Source: an uncultured delta proteobacterium (GTDB lineage Bacteria; Myxococcota_A; Polyangia; Polyangiales; B10-G4). From it: a stretch of DNA of 64,000 nt. This document shows positions 43,757-53,190 of this stretch, in pieces (position 1 is the first letter of the stretch; every line of letters begins with the position of its first letter). Made by a program: the position numbers and the translations under genes. The notes under the pieces were generated by a model. The model worked only from the letters and a program-made list of their open reading frames with translations. It was not told where the DNA came from and ran no database searches. The stretch spans positions 448,001-512,000 of the forward strand of contig CAVSGI010000010.1 of assembly GCA_963727445.1 (NCBI GenBank). Reading direction: 5' to 3'.

Positions 43757-44967
43757 GGGTGGGCTTGAAGCGCCCCTCTCCGCAGGCGAAGCTATTCGTG
43801 GTGCGGATGGCTTCCCTGGCCCTGGTGGTGAGCGCGCTCTTCGGCGCAGGGCTTGCGCATGCCCAATGTGCAACGGTGGGCGCGACCTGTGACGACGGCA
43901 ACTACTGCACGACGGGCGACACCTGCAACGCGTCCCTCGAATGCATCCCCTCCGGGACGAGAAGCTGCGCTGACGGCGACCTCTGTACCGACGATACCTG
44001 CAACGAGAGCGCCGACCGCTGTGAACACTCACCCGCGGCCGCGGGAACGACATGCTTCGATGGCCAGTTCTGCACCATGGGTGACACCTGCGACGGGGCG
44101 GGCAACTGCACCTCCGGCTCGCCCCGGAGCTGCGACGACGGCCACGACTGCACCACCGACTCCTGCGACGAGATGGCTGACACCTGCGTCAACGATCTCG
44201 ACCCCGGTGCATGTCTGATCCGTGGGGACTGCTACGTCGAAGGCGACTTCGATCCGCGGACAATGAACCCCTGCGATCAGTGCATCCCCTCGCGCTCGGC
44301 GAATCGCTTTCTCCAGGCCGAAACGGGCACCGTCTGCGGCCCGGGCGCCTGCAGCGGGGGCGTCTTCACCTCCGAGTCGATTTGCGACACGACCGGGACC
44401 TGTGTGACGGGGACGACGGCGCCCTGCGATTCCGGCGTGTGTGCCGACGTGACGGCCTGCGTGGGCTGCTTGGCCGACGGGGATTGCGCGCCCGACGAAT
44501 ACTGCTCGGGGACCGGCTGCGCCGCAAAGCTCGATGTCGGTGAGTCGTGTCTTCGCGACACCGCGTGCACGAGTGGCGAGTGTGCCGACGGAGTCTGCTG
44601 CAGCGGCGTGTGCGATGGCCCCTGCCTCAGCTGCGCGATGATGGGAATGGCCGGGACCTGCGTCGCCTATGCCGCTGGCACCGATCCCGAGGCAGGCTGC
44701 GGCGCCATGGGCTGCGACGGAACGGGCGCGTGCATCGACGAGCCGATGGCGGACGCCTCGGTCGACTCGAGCATCGATGCGAGCATCCCCGTGGACGGAG
44801 GGGATGCGACCGTCGGCCCCGACGGGAGCGAGGGCAACGGGCTGACCGCTCACGGGTCGGGTTGCGTCGCCTGCGCGGTTGGCGCGACCGACGAGCGCCG
44901 GGTTCCTGCGCTCCTCGCCCTGGGCGCTGTGTTCGCGGCGCTCGGCTTCAGGCGTCGGCGCCGCTGA
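43753..44967 (+). CDS. Cys-rich repeat surface protein (CDDG..CT.D.C) with MYXO-CTERM-like tail
   Basis: Repeated CDDGxxCTxDxC; C-terminus GSGCVACAVG...RRRRR. Start may be 43807. Confidence 0.8.
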   Translation: MRVGLKRPSPQAKLFVVRMASLALVVSALFGAGLAHAQCATVGATCDDGNYCTTGDTCNASLECIPSGTRSCADGDLCTDDTCNESADRCEHSPAAAGTTCFDGQFCTMGDTCDGAGNCTSGSPRSCDDGHDCTTDSCDEMADTCVNDLDPGACLIRGDCYVEGDFDPRTMNPCDQCIPSRSANRFLQAETGTVCGPGACSGGVFTSESICDTTGTCVTGTTAPCDSGVCADVTACVGCLADGDCAPDEYCSGTGCAAKLDVGESCLRDTACTSGECADGVCCSGVCDGPCLSCAMMGMAGTCVAYAAGTDPEAGCGAMGCDGTGACIDEPMADASVDSSIDASIPVDGGDATVGPDGSEGNGLTAHGSGCVACAVGATDERRVPALLALGAVFAALGFRRRRR

Positions 44968-46156
44968 GCCCGCCGTACACGTGGCCGAAGACGTCGCTGA
45001 AGTCGGTGTCGGCGAGGTCGAGGCTCGCGCGGAAGTGCGGGGCGACGTCGCGCTCGGGGGCGGCCTCGCGGGGCGCGGCGCCTGCGCCCACGTTGTCCGA
45101 GGCCTTCGCCAGGGCGCGCATCGCCTCCTCGAGGCTCTCGGCGGTGGGCACCGAGGCGTATTCGAGGTTGGGGGCGAGCCCGACCCCGGGCAGGTGCTTG
45201 CCCGCGTGCAGGCGCGGGCGGGCGACGAGGTCGTCCATCAGGTCCTCGACGGCGCGGCGCAGGAGGTGCTCACCGAAGTTGGTGATCTCCGTGTCCTCGT
45301 TGGCGAAGAGCACCCTGCCGGTGCGCCGCGCGCTATCGGCGACGGCGTCCCAGTCGTAAGGATGAAGCGTGCGGAGGTCGAGGATCTCGGCTTCGATCCC
45401 CTCACCCGAGAGCTTCTCTGCCGCCTGCTTGGCGGCCCACACCAGCCGCCCGTAGGTAACGATGGTGAGGTCCGAGCCCGCGCGCAGCGTGCGCGCCTTG
45501 CCGAGGGGGATGCCTTCGTGCGGCGTGTCGGGCCACTCGGGCTCCCAACCGGTGCGGTCGCCCAGGGGCGCGTCGATCATCCGGCTGAGCTCGCGCGCGT
45601 CTTCGGGCTCGCCCGGGATCAGGAACTCGGGTCCCGGCGCCTTGGCGCGCATCAGCGCCTTGGGCAGGAGCACCATCGTCGGGTTGGGATCACGGATGGC
45701 CGAGATCATCAGGCCGTAGGCGTCGAGGGGATTCGACGGCATGCAGATCTTCCAGCCGGGGATGCGGGTCGCCTGCGCGTCGAAGGAGTGCGAGTGGTAG
45801 ATGCTGCCGTGGATGCCGGCGCCTACCGGCGTCATGAGCACCAACGGCACGTTGAACTCGCCGTTCGACGACCAGAAGGTGTTGCCGGCGATCTTGAGCA
45901 GGTCGATGGTGTTGAAGGCGTAGTCGCAGAACTGGATCTCGGCGACGGGCTTCTGACCTGCGAGGGCGAGGCCGATGCCCATGCCGACGATGCCGCGCTC
46001 GTCGAGGGGCGTGTTCCACGCGGTCCTCAGGCCCTGGGTAGCGGTGAAGACGCCGCCGAGGGGCGGGCCGACGTCCTCGCCGAAGATGTCGGTGACGCCG
46101 AGGTGGGTCTCGCCGACGTGGAGCGCCATGCGCACGGCTTGAACGGTGGTGGCCAT
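44948..46156 (-). CDS. 2-oxoacid (branched-chain type) dehydrogenase E1 beta subunit
   Basis: FGEDV...GGVF, NTPLDERGIVG, VAEIQF, HSHS, DLRTL. Confidence 0.9.
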   Translation of the reverse strand: MATTVQAVRMALHVGETHLGVTDIFGEDVGPPLGGVFTATQGLRTAWNTPLDERGIVGMGIGLALAGQKPVAEIQFCDYAFNTIDLLKIAGNTFWSSNGEFNVPLVLMTPVGAGIHGSIYHSHSFDAQATRIPGWKICMPSNPLDAYGLMISAIRDPNPTMVLLPKALMRAKAPGPEFLIPGEPEDARELSRMIDAPLGDRTGWEPEWPDTPHEGIPLGKARTLRAGSDLTIVTYGRLVWAAKQAAEKLSGEGIEAEILDLRTLHPYDWDAVADSARRTGRVLFANEDTEITNFGEHLLRRAVEDLMDDLVARPRLHAGKHLPGVGLAPNLEYASVPTAESLEEAMRALAKASDNVGAGAAPREAAPERDVAPHFRASLDLADTDFSDVFGHVYGGLSGADA

Positions 46157-47227
46157 CAGCCTTCCTCCCGGCGGGGGTGTGCCGATCGCTCGACGCCTTC
46201 GGCCGAAACGTCCTCGGTGGCGAAGACGTGCTTCCAGATGTCTTCCGGTGCGGGATCGGGCTCGTCCCTGATGGCGCGCGAAGCGTCCTGCAGCTTCTGC
46301 CAGAGCTCCTCGCGCAGCGTCTTCGACTCCTCGAGGCTGCGCAGGCCGCGCGCGTCGAGCTTCTTTTCGAGCTCCACCAGGCAGTCCACCTCTTCGGTGA
46401 CGTAGTTCGAGCCGGAGGAGGAGGAGTGGCCGTAGAGGCGCGAGAGGCGCGCCTCGAGCACGAAAGGCTTGCGCTCCTCGCGGACGTAGCGCATCGCCGC
46501 TTCGATCTCCCGGTAGCTCTCCTCGGGGTCGTTGCCGTCGATGACCTTGGTCTTCATCCCGAAGGCGATGCCGCGATCGGAGACGTTCTTCTCGCCGTGC
46601 TGGGTGCCCGCCGCGGTCGAGATCCCCCACTCGTTGTTGGCGACGATGATCAGGATCGGGCAGCTCCTGGCGTGGCCGCGAGGACCAGATGAGGCAGGTC
46701 GCGAAGTCGCCCTCGGCGGAGCCAGCGTCACCGCCCTGGACGATGGTGATGCCCGTGCAGCCGGCCTTGCGCTGCGCCATCGCCGTCCCGATCGCGACCG
46801 AGTACTGCACCTCGATGGGGCTCGAGATCGGGCACATGTTCCACTCGCGCACCGCGTAGTGACCGACGAAGTTGCGACCGCCGCTGTGGGGGTCGGTCGC
46901 CTTCATGCGCATCTGGCGCAGGCAGTCGATGGAGTCGCCGCCCATCGCCAGGAGAGTCGCGCTCGAGCGGTAGTGCAGATGCGTGAAGTCGTAGTCGAGG
47001 CCGCGGCCCTTCTTGATGTTCAGGCCGAGCGCGGTGTTGAACGCTTCCTCGCCGGGGCCGCCGATCCAGAAGAAGCCGTCGCCTTGCTTCTGCATGCGGA
47101 TCAGACGCTCTTCGAGGACGCGCGCCTCGAGCATGATGTCGTGCATTTGCAGCAGCAGCGCGTCCGGTAGGGCGTCCCGCTTCGTTTCGGCCGTGGTGGG
47201 GGCAGGGTGGGGCGGTGCGGTGCTCAC
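46156..47227 (-). CDS. 2-oxoacid dehydrogenase E1 alpha subunit; +1 frameshift at about 46658-46660
   Basis: GDAGSAEGDF...NNEWGIS (TPP motif split by the shift); RLYGHSSS. Confidence 0.85.
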
Positions 47228-47366
47228 GAAGCCCGCTCTATCACGGGCTCGGGGCAGGCGCAGGCGGGCCGGCCGAGGCGGTGAGGGAACGCACGAACGA
47301 CGCAGTGCGTCGACGCCACCACGGGCTGGTGAGAGGGAGGCGAACGGACTCACTGTACGATTCCGG

Positions 47367-48491
47367 GTGGTGTTGCTCGGGATCAATCTGCCCTGGGTGA
47401 AGTGCGGGCACGACTTCGGTCCGCGGCCGGCGGCCTGGGGCGGCGAGCGCGCGACGCCGCGGGATTGGTCCGAGGTGGAGGAGGAGCTACGGCGCTACGC
47501 CGACGCGGGGATGACGCTCACCCGCTTCTGGGTGCTCGCCGGGGGCTTGAACTATCCCGTGGGCGAAGGCGCTGACGGCTGCGCCATCGTCGCCACGCGC
47601 CGGCGGCGCGGGCGAGTGCGCAGCCACTGCGCGCTCGCGCTCCTTGCCGACGCCCCTCGGCCCGCGCTGCCCGCGTCATTCGTCGACGACTTCGCGGGCC
47701 TGTTGCGGGCGTGCGCGCGCGCCGGCGTCCGCGCCATCCCGTCGCTGCTCAGCTTCGAGCTCTTTCAGCCGCTGGTGCCCGTGTCGGCGACGATCAGCAA
47801 GCGCGGGCGCGGCGACCTGGTCTTCGGCTCGGAGCACGGGAGGAACGTCGGTCCTTTCTTCGACGCCGTCCTCGCGCCCCTCCTCGACGTGGCGCGCGCC
47901 GAGAGCGACGGCGTCTACGCCTTCGAAGTGATCAACGAGCCCGATTGGGTCGTCGCCGGAGGGCCGCTTCAGATCGACCGCGGCGCGTACGGCCTGTTGC
48001 CCAGCCCCCAGCTCGTCTCCCCCGCCCAGATGAGCACGCTCATCGACGAAGGCGTCCGCCGTATCACGAAGGCCGGCCTCGTCGCCTCCGTCGGTTTCGC
48101 CGACCCCGCGCCGAGGTGGCTCGCGCCCGAGGTGATGGCGCGTCTGCGTTCGCTCGCCGCCGAAGGGCGCTACGTCCACCAACGCCATCACTACCCGACG
48201 GCGCTCGGCGACCGCACGCTCCCGCACCATCAGGAGTCGCCCGTGACCCCGTGCATCGTCGGCGAGCTGCCGACGGCGATGGGCGGCGCCTTGGACAACA
48301 TCCGCTGGCGCGACCGCGAGGTGCGGAGCACCGAGCGCGATCCCGCGCGCTACCTCGAAGGGCGGCTACGGCTGATCCACGACGCGCGCGGCTACCCCGC
48401 GTCGCTCCTCTGGTCGGCGCGCTCGGGCGACAGCCGGCGCACCTGGGGTGAGGCGCAGCTCGCCCAGGTGAGGCGATACGCGGGGCGGTGA
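47367..48491 (+). CDS. GH5-like (clan GH-A) glycoside hydrolase
   Basis: GINLPW...GHDFG, RFWV, EVINEP (acid/base), IVGEL (nucleophile). Confidence 0.7.
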   Translation: MVLLGINLPWVKCGHDFGPRPAAWGGERATPRDWSEVEEELRRYADAGMTLTRFWVLAGGLNYPVGEGADGCAIVATRRRRGRVRSHCALALLADAPRPALPASFVDDFAGLLRACARAGVRAIPSLLSFELFQPLVPVSATISKRGRGDLVFGSEHGRNVGPFFDAVLAPLLDVARAESDGVYAFEVINEPDWVVAGGPLQIDRGAYGLLPSPQLVSPAQMSTLIDEGVRRITKAGLVASVGFADPAPRWLAPEVMARLRSLAAEGRYVHQRHHYPTALGDRTLPHHQESPVTPCIVGELPTAMGGALDNIRWRDREVRSTERDPARYLEGRLRLIHDARGYPASLLWSARSGDSRRTWGEAQLAQVRRYAGR

Positions 48492-48542
48492 GCGCGAGGG
48501 CAGCGGCCTCGAGCACATCCGACGCGGGCGGCGCCGTCCGCG

Positions 48543-49265
48543 TCAGTGCGCTGGCTGACCCGCGCTGTCTCCCCAGATCTCCCGCAGACGTCGGTCGCGC
48601 CCGCAGCCTTCGCGATAGGAGTGATAGCGCGTCGGGTTCTTCCGGTAGAAGTCCTGGTGATAGTCCTCCGCGACCCAGAAGGTGGAAGCGGGGAGGATCT
48701 GCGTCGCGACGTCTTCGTCCAGCGCGCGCGCCACCTCTTCCTTGCTCTCGGTGGCGAGGCGTCGCTCTTCGTCGTCAGCGACGAAGATGGCCGAACGGTA
48801 GGAGTCGCCGCGGTCACAGAACTGCCCGTCGGCCTGACCGGGGTCGATGTTGTGCCAGAAGATGTCCAGCAGGCGCGCATAGGTAGTCTCGTCGGGGTCG
48901 TAGATCACACGCACCGCTTCGTAGTGTCCCGTGAGGTGGGCGCCCACCTGCTCGTAGGTCGGGTGGTCCATGTGGCCGCCGGTGTAGCCCGAGGTCACGG
49001 AGATCACGCCGGGCTGGCCTTCGAAGGCGGTCTCGACACACCAGAAGCACCCGCCGGCGAAGATGGCCTCCGCCTGCCCCGCTTCGAGCGGGGGGGCGGC
49101 CGGCTGGCCCTCGTGGGTTTCCTCGCTGGCTTCGGCGGAGGCGTGGCCGTTCGCGGGCGCGGTGGTGGAGCCCGACGAGGGGCTCTGCCCGTTCTGAGAG
49201 CAGGCCGCGAGGCCGACTGCCAGCGCCAGGGAGAGGAAGGTCGGGATGGCGATGTGGTGCTTCAT
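48543..49265 (-). CDS. msrA: Peptide-methionine (S)-S-oxide reductase (lipoprotein)
   Basis: FAGGCFWC, AEDYHQDFY; lipobox LAAC. Confidence 0.95.
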   Translation of the reverse strand: MKHHIAIPTFLSLALAVGLAACSQNGQSPSSGSTTAPANGHASAEASEETHEGQPAAPPLEAGQAEAIFAGGCFWCVETAFEGQPGVISVTSGYTGGHMDHPTYEQVGAHLTGHYEAVRVIYDPDETTYARLLDIFWHNIDPGQADGQFCDRGDSYRSAIFVADDEERRLATESKEEVARALDEDVATQILPASTFWVAEDYHQDFYRKNPTRYHSYREGCGRDRRLREIWGDSAGQPAH

Positions 49266-49807
49266 GACGGCACGAAGGTGAGGCTGACGGAGTTGATGCA
49301 GTGGCGTTCGCCGGTGGGCGGCGGGCCGTCGTCGAAGACGTGACCCAGGTGCCCCTCGCAGCGCGCGCAGTGGAGCTCGGTGCGGACCATCCCGTGGGAG
49401 CGATCCGACGTGCGGGCCACGCGGCCCGGCTCGATGGCCTGGTAGAACGACGGCCAGCCCGTGCCCGAATCGAACTTGTGCCGCGACGAGTAGAGCGGTG
49501 CGCCGCATCCGGCGCAGTAGAAGGTCCCGTCTCGGTGCTCGTCGTAGCCGGCGCTGAAGGCGCGCTCGGTGCCCTGTCGCCTCAGCACGCGGTACTGCTC
49601 GCGGGTGAGTCGCTCGCGCCACTCTTCGTCCGAGAGCTCGAGTCGGTCACCGACGGGCGGTGGATGCGCCTGTACGCGGGACACCGGCCGCGAAGGACCG
49701 GGCCACGCGCCCGAGGCGCTCGTCTCGTGGTCATCACCCAACGCCCGCGAGCAAGCGGCCCCGATGGGGGCTGCCGCGAGCAAGAAGATCAGCTTTCTAC
49801 GTCGCAT
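49262..49807 (-). CDS. msrB: Peptide-methionine (R)-S-oxide reductase with Tat-like signal
   Basis: GTERAF, KFDSGTGWPSF, HLGHVFDDGP, RHCINS. Confidence 0.95.
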   Translation of the reverse strand: MRRRKLIFLLAAAPIGAACSRALGDDHETSASGAWPGPSRPVSRVQAHPPPVGDRLELSDEEWRERLTREQYRVLRRQGTERAFSAGYDEHRDGTFYCAGCGAPLYSSRHKFDSGTGWPSFYQAIEPGRVARTSDRSHGMVRTELHCARCEGHLGHVFDDGPPPTGERHCINSVSLTFVPS

Positions 49808-49869
49808 TCGTACGGTCCTACGCGCGAGGCCGCTGGGTTGTTACGCGCGACCGTCGCGGCCGGATCGGA

Positions 49870-51057
49870 TCAATGTCCGCCGCCCTGCATCAGGGACAGG
49901 CCGCCGATGATGCAGGCCGTGAGCGTCAGGGCCAGGACGACGGCGGCGGCTATCTTGATCCAGCTGTAGGGGGCCTTGCCCGAGATCTCGCCTGTCTGAC
50001 CGTTCACCACGAAGCGATAGACCTGATCGTTGTAGCGGTAGCTGGCGATGAAGAGGGGCAGAAGGACGTGCTTGAAGGTCGTCTGGGACAGCCGGGTCGT
50101 GACGCTCAGGCCACGCTGGGTGTCGCCGGGCACGTCACTCGAGCAGCGGGAGCGCTGCGAGTCGTTGATGCGCCCGCTGGCGCGGCTCCACCCTTCGTTG
50201 AGGGGCAGGGCGTACTCCTCTGCCCGCCAGCCGGCGAGGTAGCCGGGGGCGTAGGGGACGAGGCGCTTGGTGTCGAAGGTCTTGAGCTTCTCGGCGAGGT
50301 CGACGGGCAGCCCCTTCGACGCGCAGACCAACACGTCGTCGTAATGGTCGCGCCGCGATCCCCACGCGGGTTGCCAGCGGGTGTGGCGAACGCGGCGCGT
50401 CTTCGTCGTTCCGTCGGAGGCCTTGTACTGCTCCTCGGTGTAGTAGTAGTAGCCGGCCTGCGCGGTCCAACGCGAGTCGGCCTGGGCGTCGAAGGTCCAG
50501 TAGGGGACGTAGATGCCGGCGATCTGTCCGAGGCTCGCGCGCTGCTTGAGGTCCGAGGGACGGAACCACAAGCCGGAGAGCCACGACTTGAAGCGCGCTT
50601 TCGCGTTGTCCTGATCGACACCGAAGGGCAGGAGCGACTCGGGGCGGATCAGGTTTCGATTCGCCTGCTGTTCCATCACCTGCGTCGAGCCGCAGAACTC
50701 GCAGAAGGTCGCGGTGACACTTCCGTCGAAGCTCACGCGCGCGCCGCACTCGCGACACTCGGTGGTACGTACGGGGACGCCGAGGCCGCGCTCGGTCGCG
50801 GCGGCGATGCCCTGCTCGAGGTCGTACTCGACGATGGCCTCGGTGGCTTCCTGTGCCTCTTCGGACTGCGCGACCGCCATGGTGTTGCCGCAGTACTGGC
50901 ACGACATGCACCCGCGGGCGGCGTCGAAGGCCATCTGGGCGCCGCACTGGATGCACTCGAAGTCGTTCGCTTGGGCGTTCGGCTCGGCGAAGGTCGGGGG
51001 CTGTTCCACGAGGGCGATCAAGCGTGCCTGAGGGCCGGTCGTCAACGGCGGAATCAT
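49870..51057 (-). CDS. Zinc-ribbon protein with C-terminal TM helix
   Basis: Four CxxC motifs; GIYVPYWTFD, VNGQTGEISGKAP. Start uncertain. Confidence 0.8.
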   Translation of the reverse strand: MIPPLTTGPQARLIALVEQPPTFAEPNAQANDFECIQCGAQMAFDAARGCMSCQYCGNTMAVAQSEEAQEATEAIVEYDLEQGIAAATERGLGVPVRTTECRECGARVSFDGSVTATFCEFCGSTQVMEQQANRNLIRPESLLPFGVDQDNAKARFKSWLSGLWFRPSDLKQRASLGQIAGIYVPYWTFDAQADSRWTAQAGYYYYTEEQYKASDGTTKTRRVRHTRWQPAWGSRRDHYDDVLVCASKGLPVDLAEKLKTFDTKRLVPYAPGYLAGWRAEEYALPLNEGWSRASGRINDSQRSRCSSDVPGDTQRGLSVTTRLSQTTFKHVLLPLFIASYRYNDQVYRFVVNGQTGEISGKAPYSWIKIAAAVVLALTLTACIIGGLSLMQGGGH

Positions 51058-51115
51058 TCAGATCATCGCCGAGTCCCGCCCGTCTCCAAGGGAACGTGGG
51101 ATAAGAGAGGAAGCT

Positions 51116-52238
51116 GTGCGGTCGTTTTTCGTCGGGATGTCGGGGGCGTTGTGGCTTTGGCTCTGGGTCGGGGCGGCCTCCGCCCAGGATCCCTGTGAGG
51201 GTGTCGACTGCGCCGGGGTGGGGACCTGTTTCTCCGAGCGCGATCTCGCCACCTGTCTCTGCGATGCCGGGTACGAAGCGGTTGGCGAAACCTGCGAGCC
51301 AGCGACCGCGACCTTCGATCCCATTCGCGAGCGACATCGGGACGGCGTGGGGGATGAGGTGGTGGCCATCGCCCGCGCGCAGCTCGGGCTGGGACCGTAC
51401 CGCGTCGGCCGACGATGGAACGGCGACCTCGAGCCGCTCCACGAATACCTCGCACCCCACGAGATGTGGTGCACCGATTTCGTCTCGTGGGTGTACCGCG
51501 CCGCGGAGGTGCCCTTCGACGGAGGCGACGAGGGCTGGCAGAATCCGGAACAACCGGGCGGCGCGCGCCTGGTTCCGGCGGCGTGACCTTTGGGTCGATC
51601 GGTACGACGAGGGCTGGGAGAGCTTCGAGCCTTCGCCGGGCGACTACGTTCGCTTCGACACCGCGCGCGGCTTTGGCCACAGCGCCATCGTCGCGGCCGT
51701 GGAGGACGGCACCCTCGTGACCATCGAGGGCAACTTTTCGAACGAGGTGCGCGTCGAGCGTCACCACGGCTACCGCCACGACCGCCTTCTCGACGGATTC
51801 GGGATCCTCTCGCTCGAAAACGCGGCGCCAGAGGTGAAGGTGGGCTCGCCGCGGATGCGCGCAGGCGAGGATGGCTCGGTTGTCCTCGATGCCACCGTCA
51901 TGGACGACGGCCCCGAAGACGAGCTCACCGTCAGCTGGTCCCGAAAGGAAGGCCCGGGGCTCGTGCGCTTCGACGACCCGTGGTCGCCCAGGACCCGGGC
52001 GACGGTTTCCGGGCCCGGTGTCTACGTCGTTTCTCTCGCCGTCGACGACGGGGCGCTGGTGACGACGGCGGAGATCGTCGTGGAGCTCGAAGAGGAAGAG
52101 CAGGCGTGGGCGGACGCGGTCGACGAGCCTGCGGAGCCCGGTGGGTTCGGCTGCACTGCGTGCGGCCGACCTGCCACCGGGCTGAGCGTCCTGCTCCTGC
52201 TCCTGCTCTTCGTAGCTCGGCCGCGGCCTTCGAGATGA
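51116..52238 (+). CDS. CHAP-domain amidase with EGF-like and PKD-like domains and a sorting tail; +1 frameshift at about 51542
   Basis: WCTDFVSWVY and PGD...GHSAIV...TIEGN fall in different frames and are joined by removing one A. Confidence 0.75.
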
Positions 52239-52251
52239 ACGCAGCGAGCGC

Positions 52252-52812
52252 TCACCCTTCGGGCGTCCCGTCGACGGGGGGCATGTCGCCGGTGGTGCAA
52301 GCCTCGACGTAGGGCGCGCACGACGGCGGGGGCGTGGAGTCCAGCAAGAGGTCGCGCACGCGTTCGTCTCCCGCGTTGGCGCAGTCGTAGAGGTCCATGC
52401 GCGCATCGAGCTCGGCGAGGGTGTCGTCGTAGCAGCGCTCGAGCTCGCCGACGGTGATGTCGCAGGTGTCCGGCGGGGGGAGGGCCGTGTCGCAATTGAT
52501 CTCGTCCGAGGGGCTTGGCTCGGAGGGATCGGCCATCTCCCGTTCGACGCACGCGTCGCGCATCTCCACGCAGCCTTCCGGCGAATCCGCGGTGAAGAGC
52601 CCAGCGAGGGTGCAGGTGGTCAGGGCGTCCGATTGCGAGGCGATGAGGTCACCGAAATCCTCGAGCGTCGATTCGCAGACCGCGCGGAGCTCGCTCGCGT
52701 CGAGCTCGTTCACGCGCTTGTCGGGGTCCACCCCACTGTGTGATTGGTTGCACGCCCACAGGGCGCAAGATGCCATCAAGAGCCCGAGGCTCCTCTTCGT
52801 CGAAGCAGTCAT
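52252..52812 (-). CDS. Hypothetical Cys-rich lipoprotein
   Basis: AGGAG SD; lipobox LWAC. Confidence 0.75.
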   Translation of the reverse strand: MTASTKRSLGLLMASCALWACNQSHSGVDPDKRVNELDASELRAVCESTLEDFGDLIASQSDALTTCTLAGLFTADSPEGCVEMRDACVEREMADPSEPSPSDEINCDTALPPPDTCDITVGELERCYDDTLAELDARMDLYDCANAGDERVRDLLLDSTPPPSCAPYVEACTTGDMPPVDGTPEG

Positions 52813-52862
52813 GAAATCTCCTGTTCCCGACGTTCGGGAAATCGTTCCTGACCACGGGGCTG

Positions 52863-52878
52863 TTCAAGGACCGTGCCG
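52863..52878 (-). promoter_or_regulatory. Putative sigma54 promoter
   Basis: CGGCACG-GTCC-TTGAA. Confidence 0.5.
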
Positions 52879-52940
52879 GCGCTTCGAGTGGGGATCGGGG
52901 CGCCGTTCGTGAACGCACCTTCACTCACCCGAGACCACGG

Positions 52941-52959
52941 TGTGCCACTGAGTGGCACA
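52941..52959. promoter_or_regulatory. Perfect intergenic palindrome; candidate enhancer or operator
   Basis: TGTGCCACT-G-AGTGGCACA. Confidence 0.5.
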
Positions 52960-53190
52960 AGGGCCGATGGACTGGGGACCTGCCCTTTCCGACGCTCGGC
53001 GACGCGGGCGCCACCGACGGAGGCTACGACTCGCCCGCCGTGGACGCGGGGCGCGCGGACGGCCCGGACGCCCTGTCCCCGCCCGGCGCCGTAGGACGGC
53101 GTGCACCAGCGCCGTCCGGACCTGCCGTCGGGGGCCGCCTTTCGCTCGATCGCCGATCGTGCCTACATGGGCCTTCGTCATGGAGATGAG

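Noticed and set aside
44948..47386. Natural E1 alpha-beta fusion (812 aa)
   Set aside because: The alpha C-terminal half is in another frame (ORF 46156..46731) with its own stop overlapping the beta ATG. The fusion is a frameshift product.
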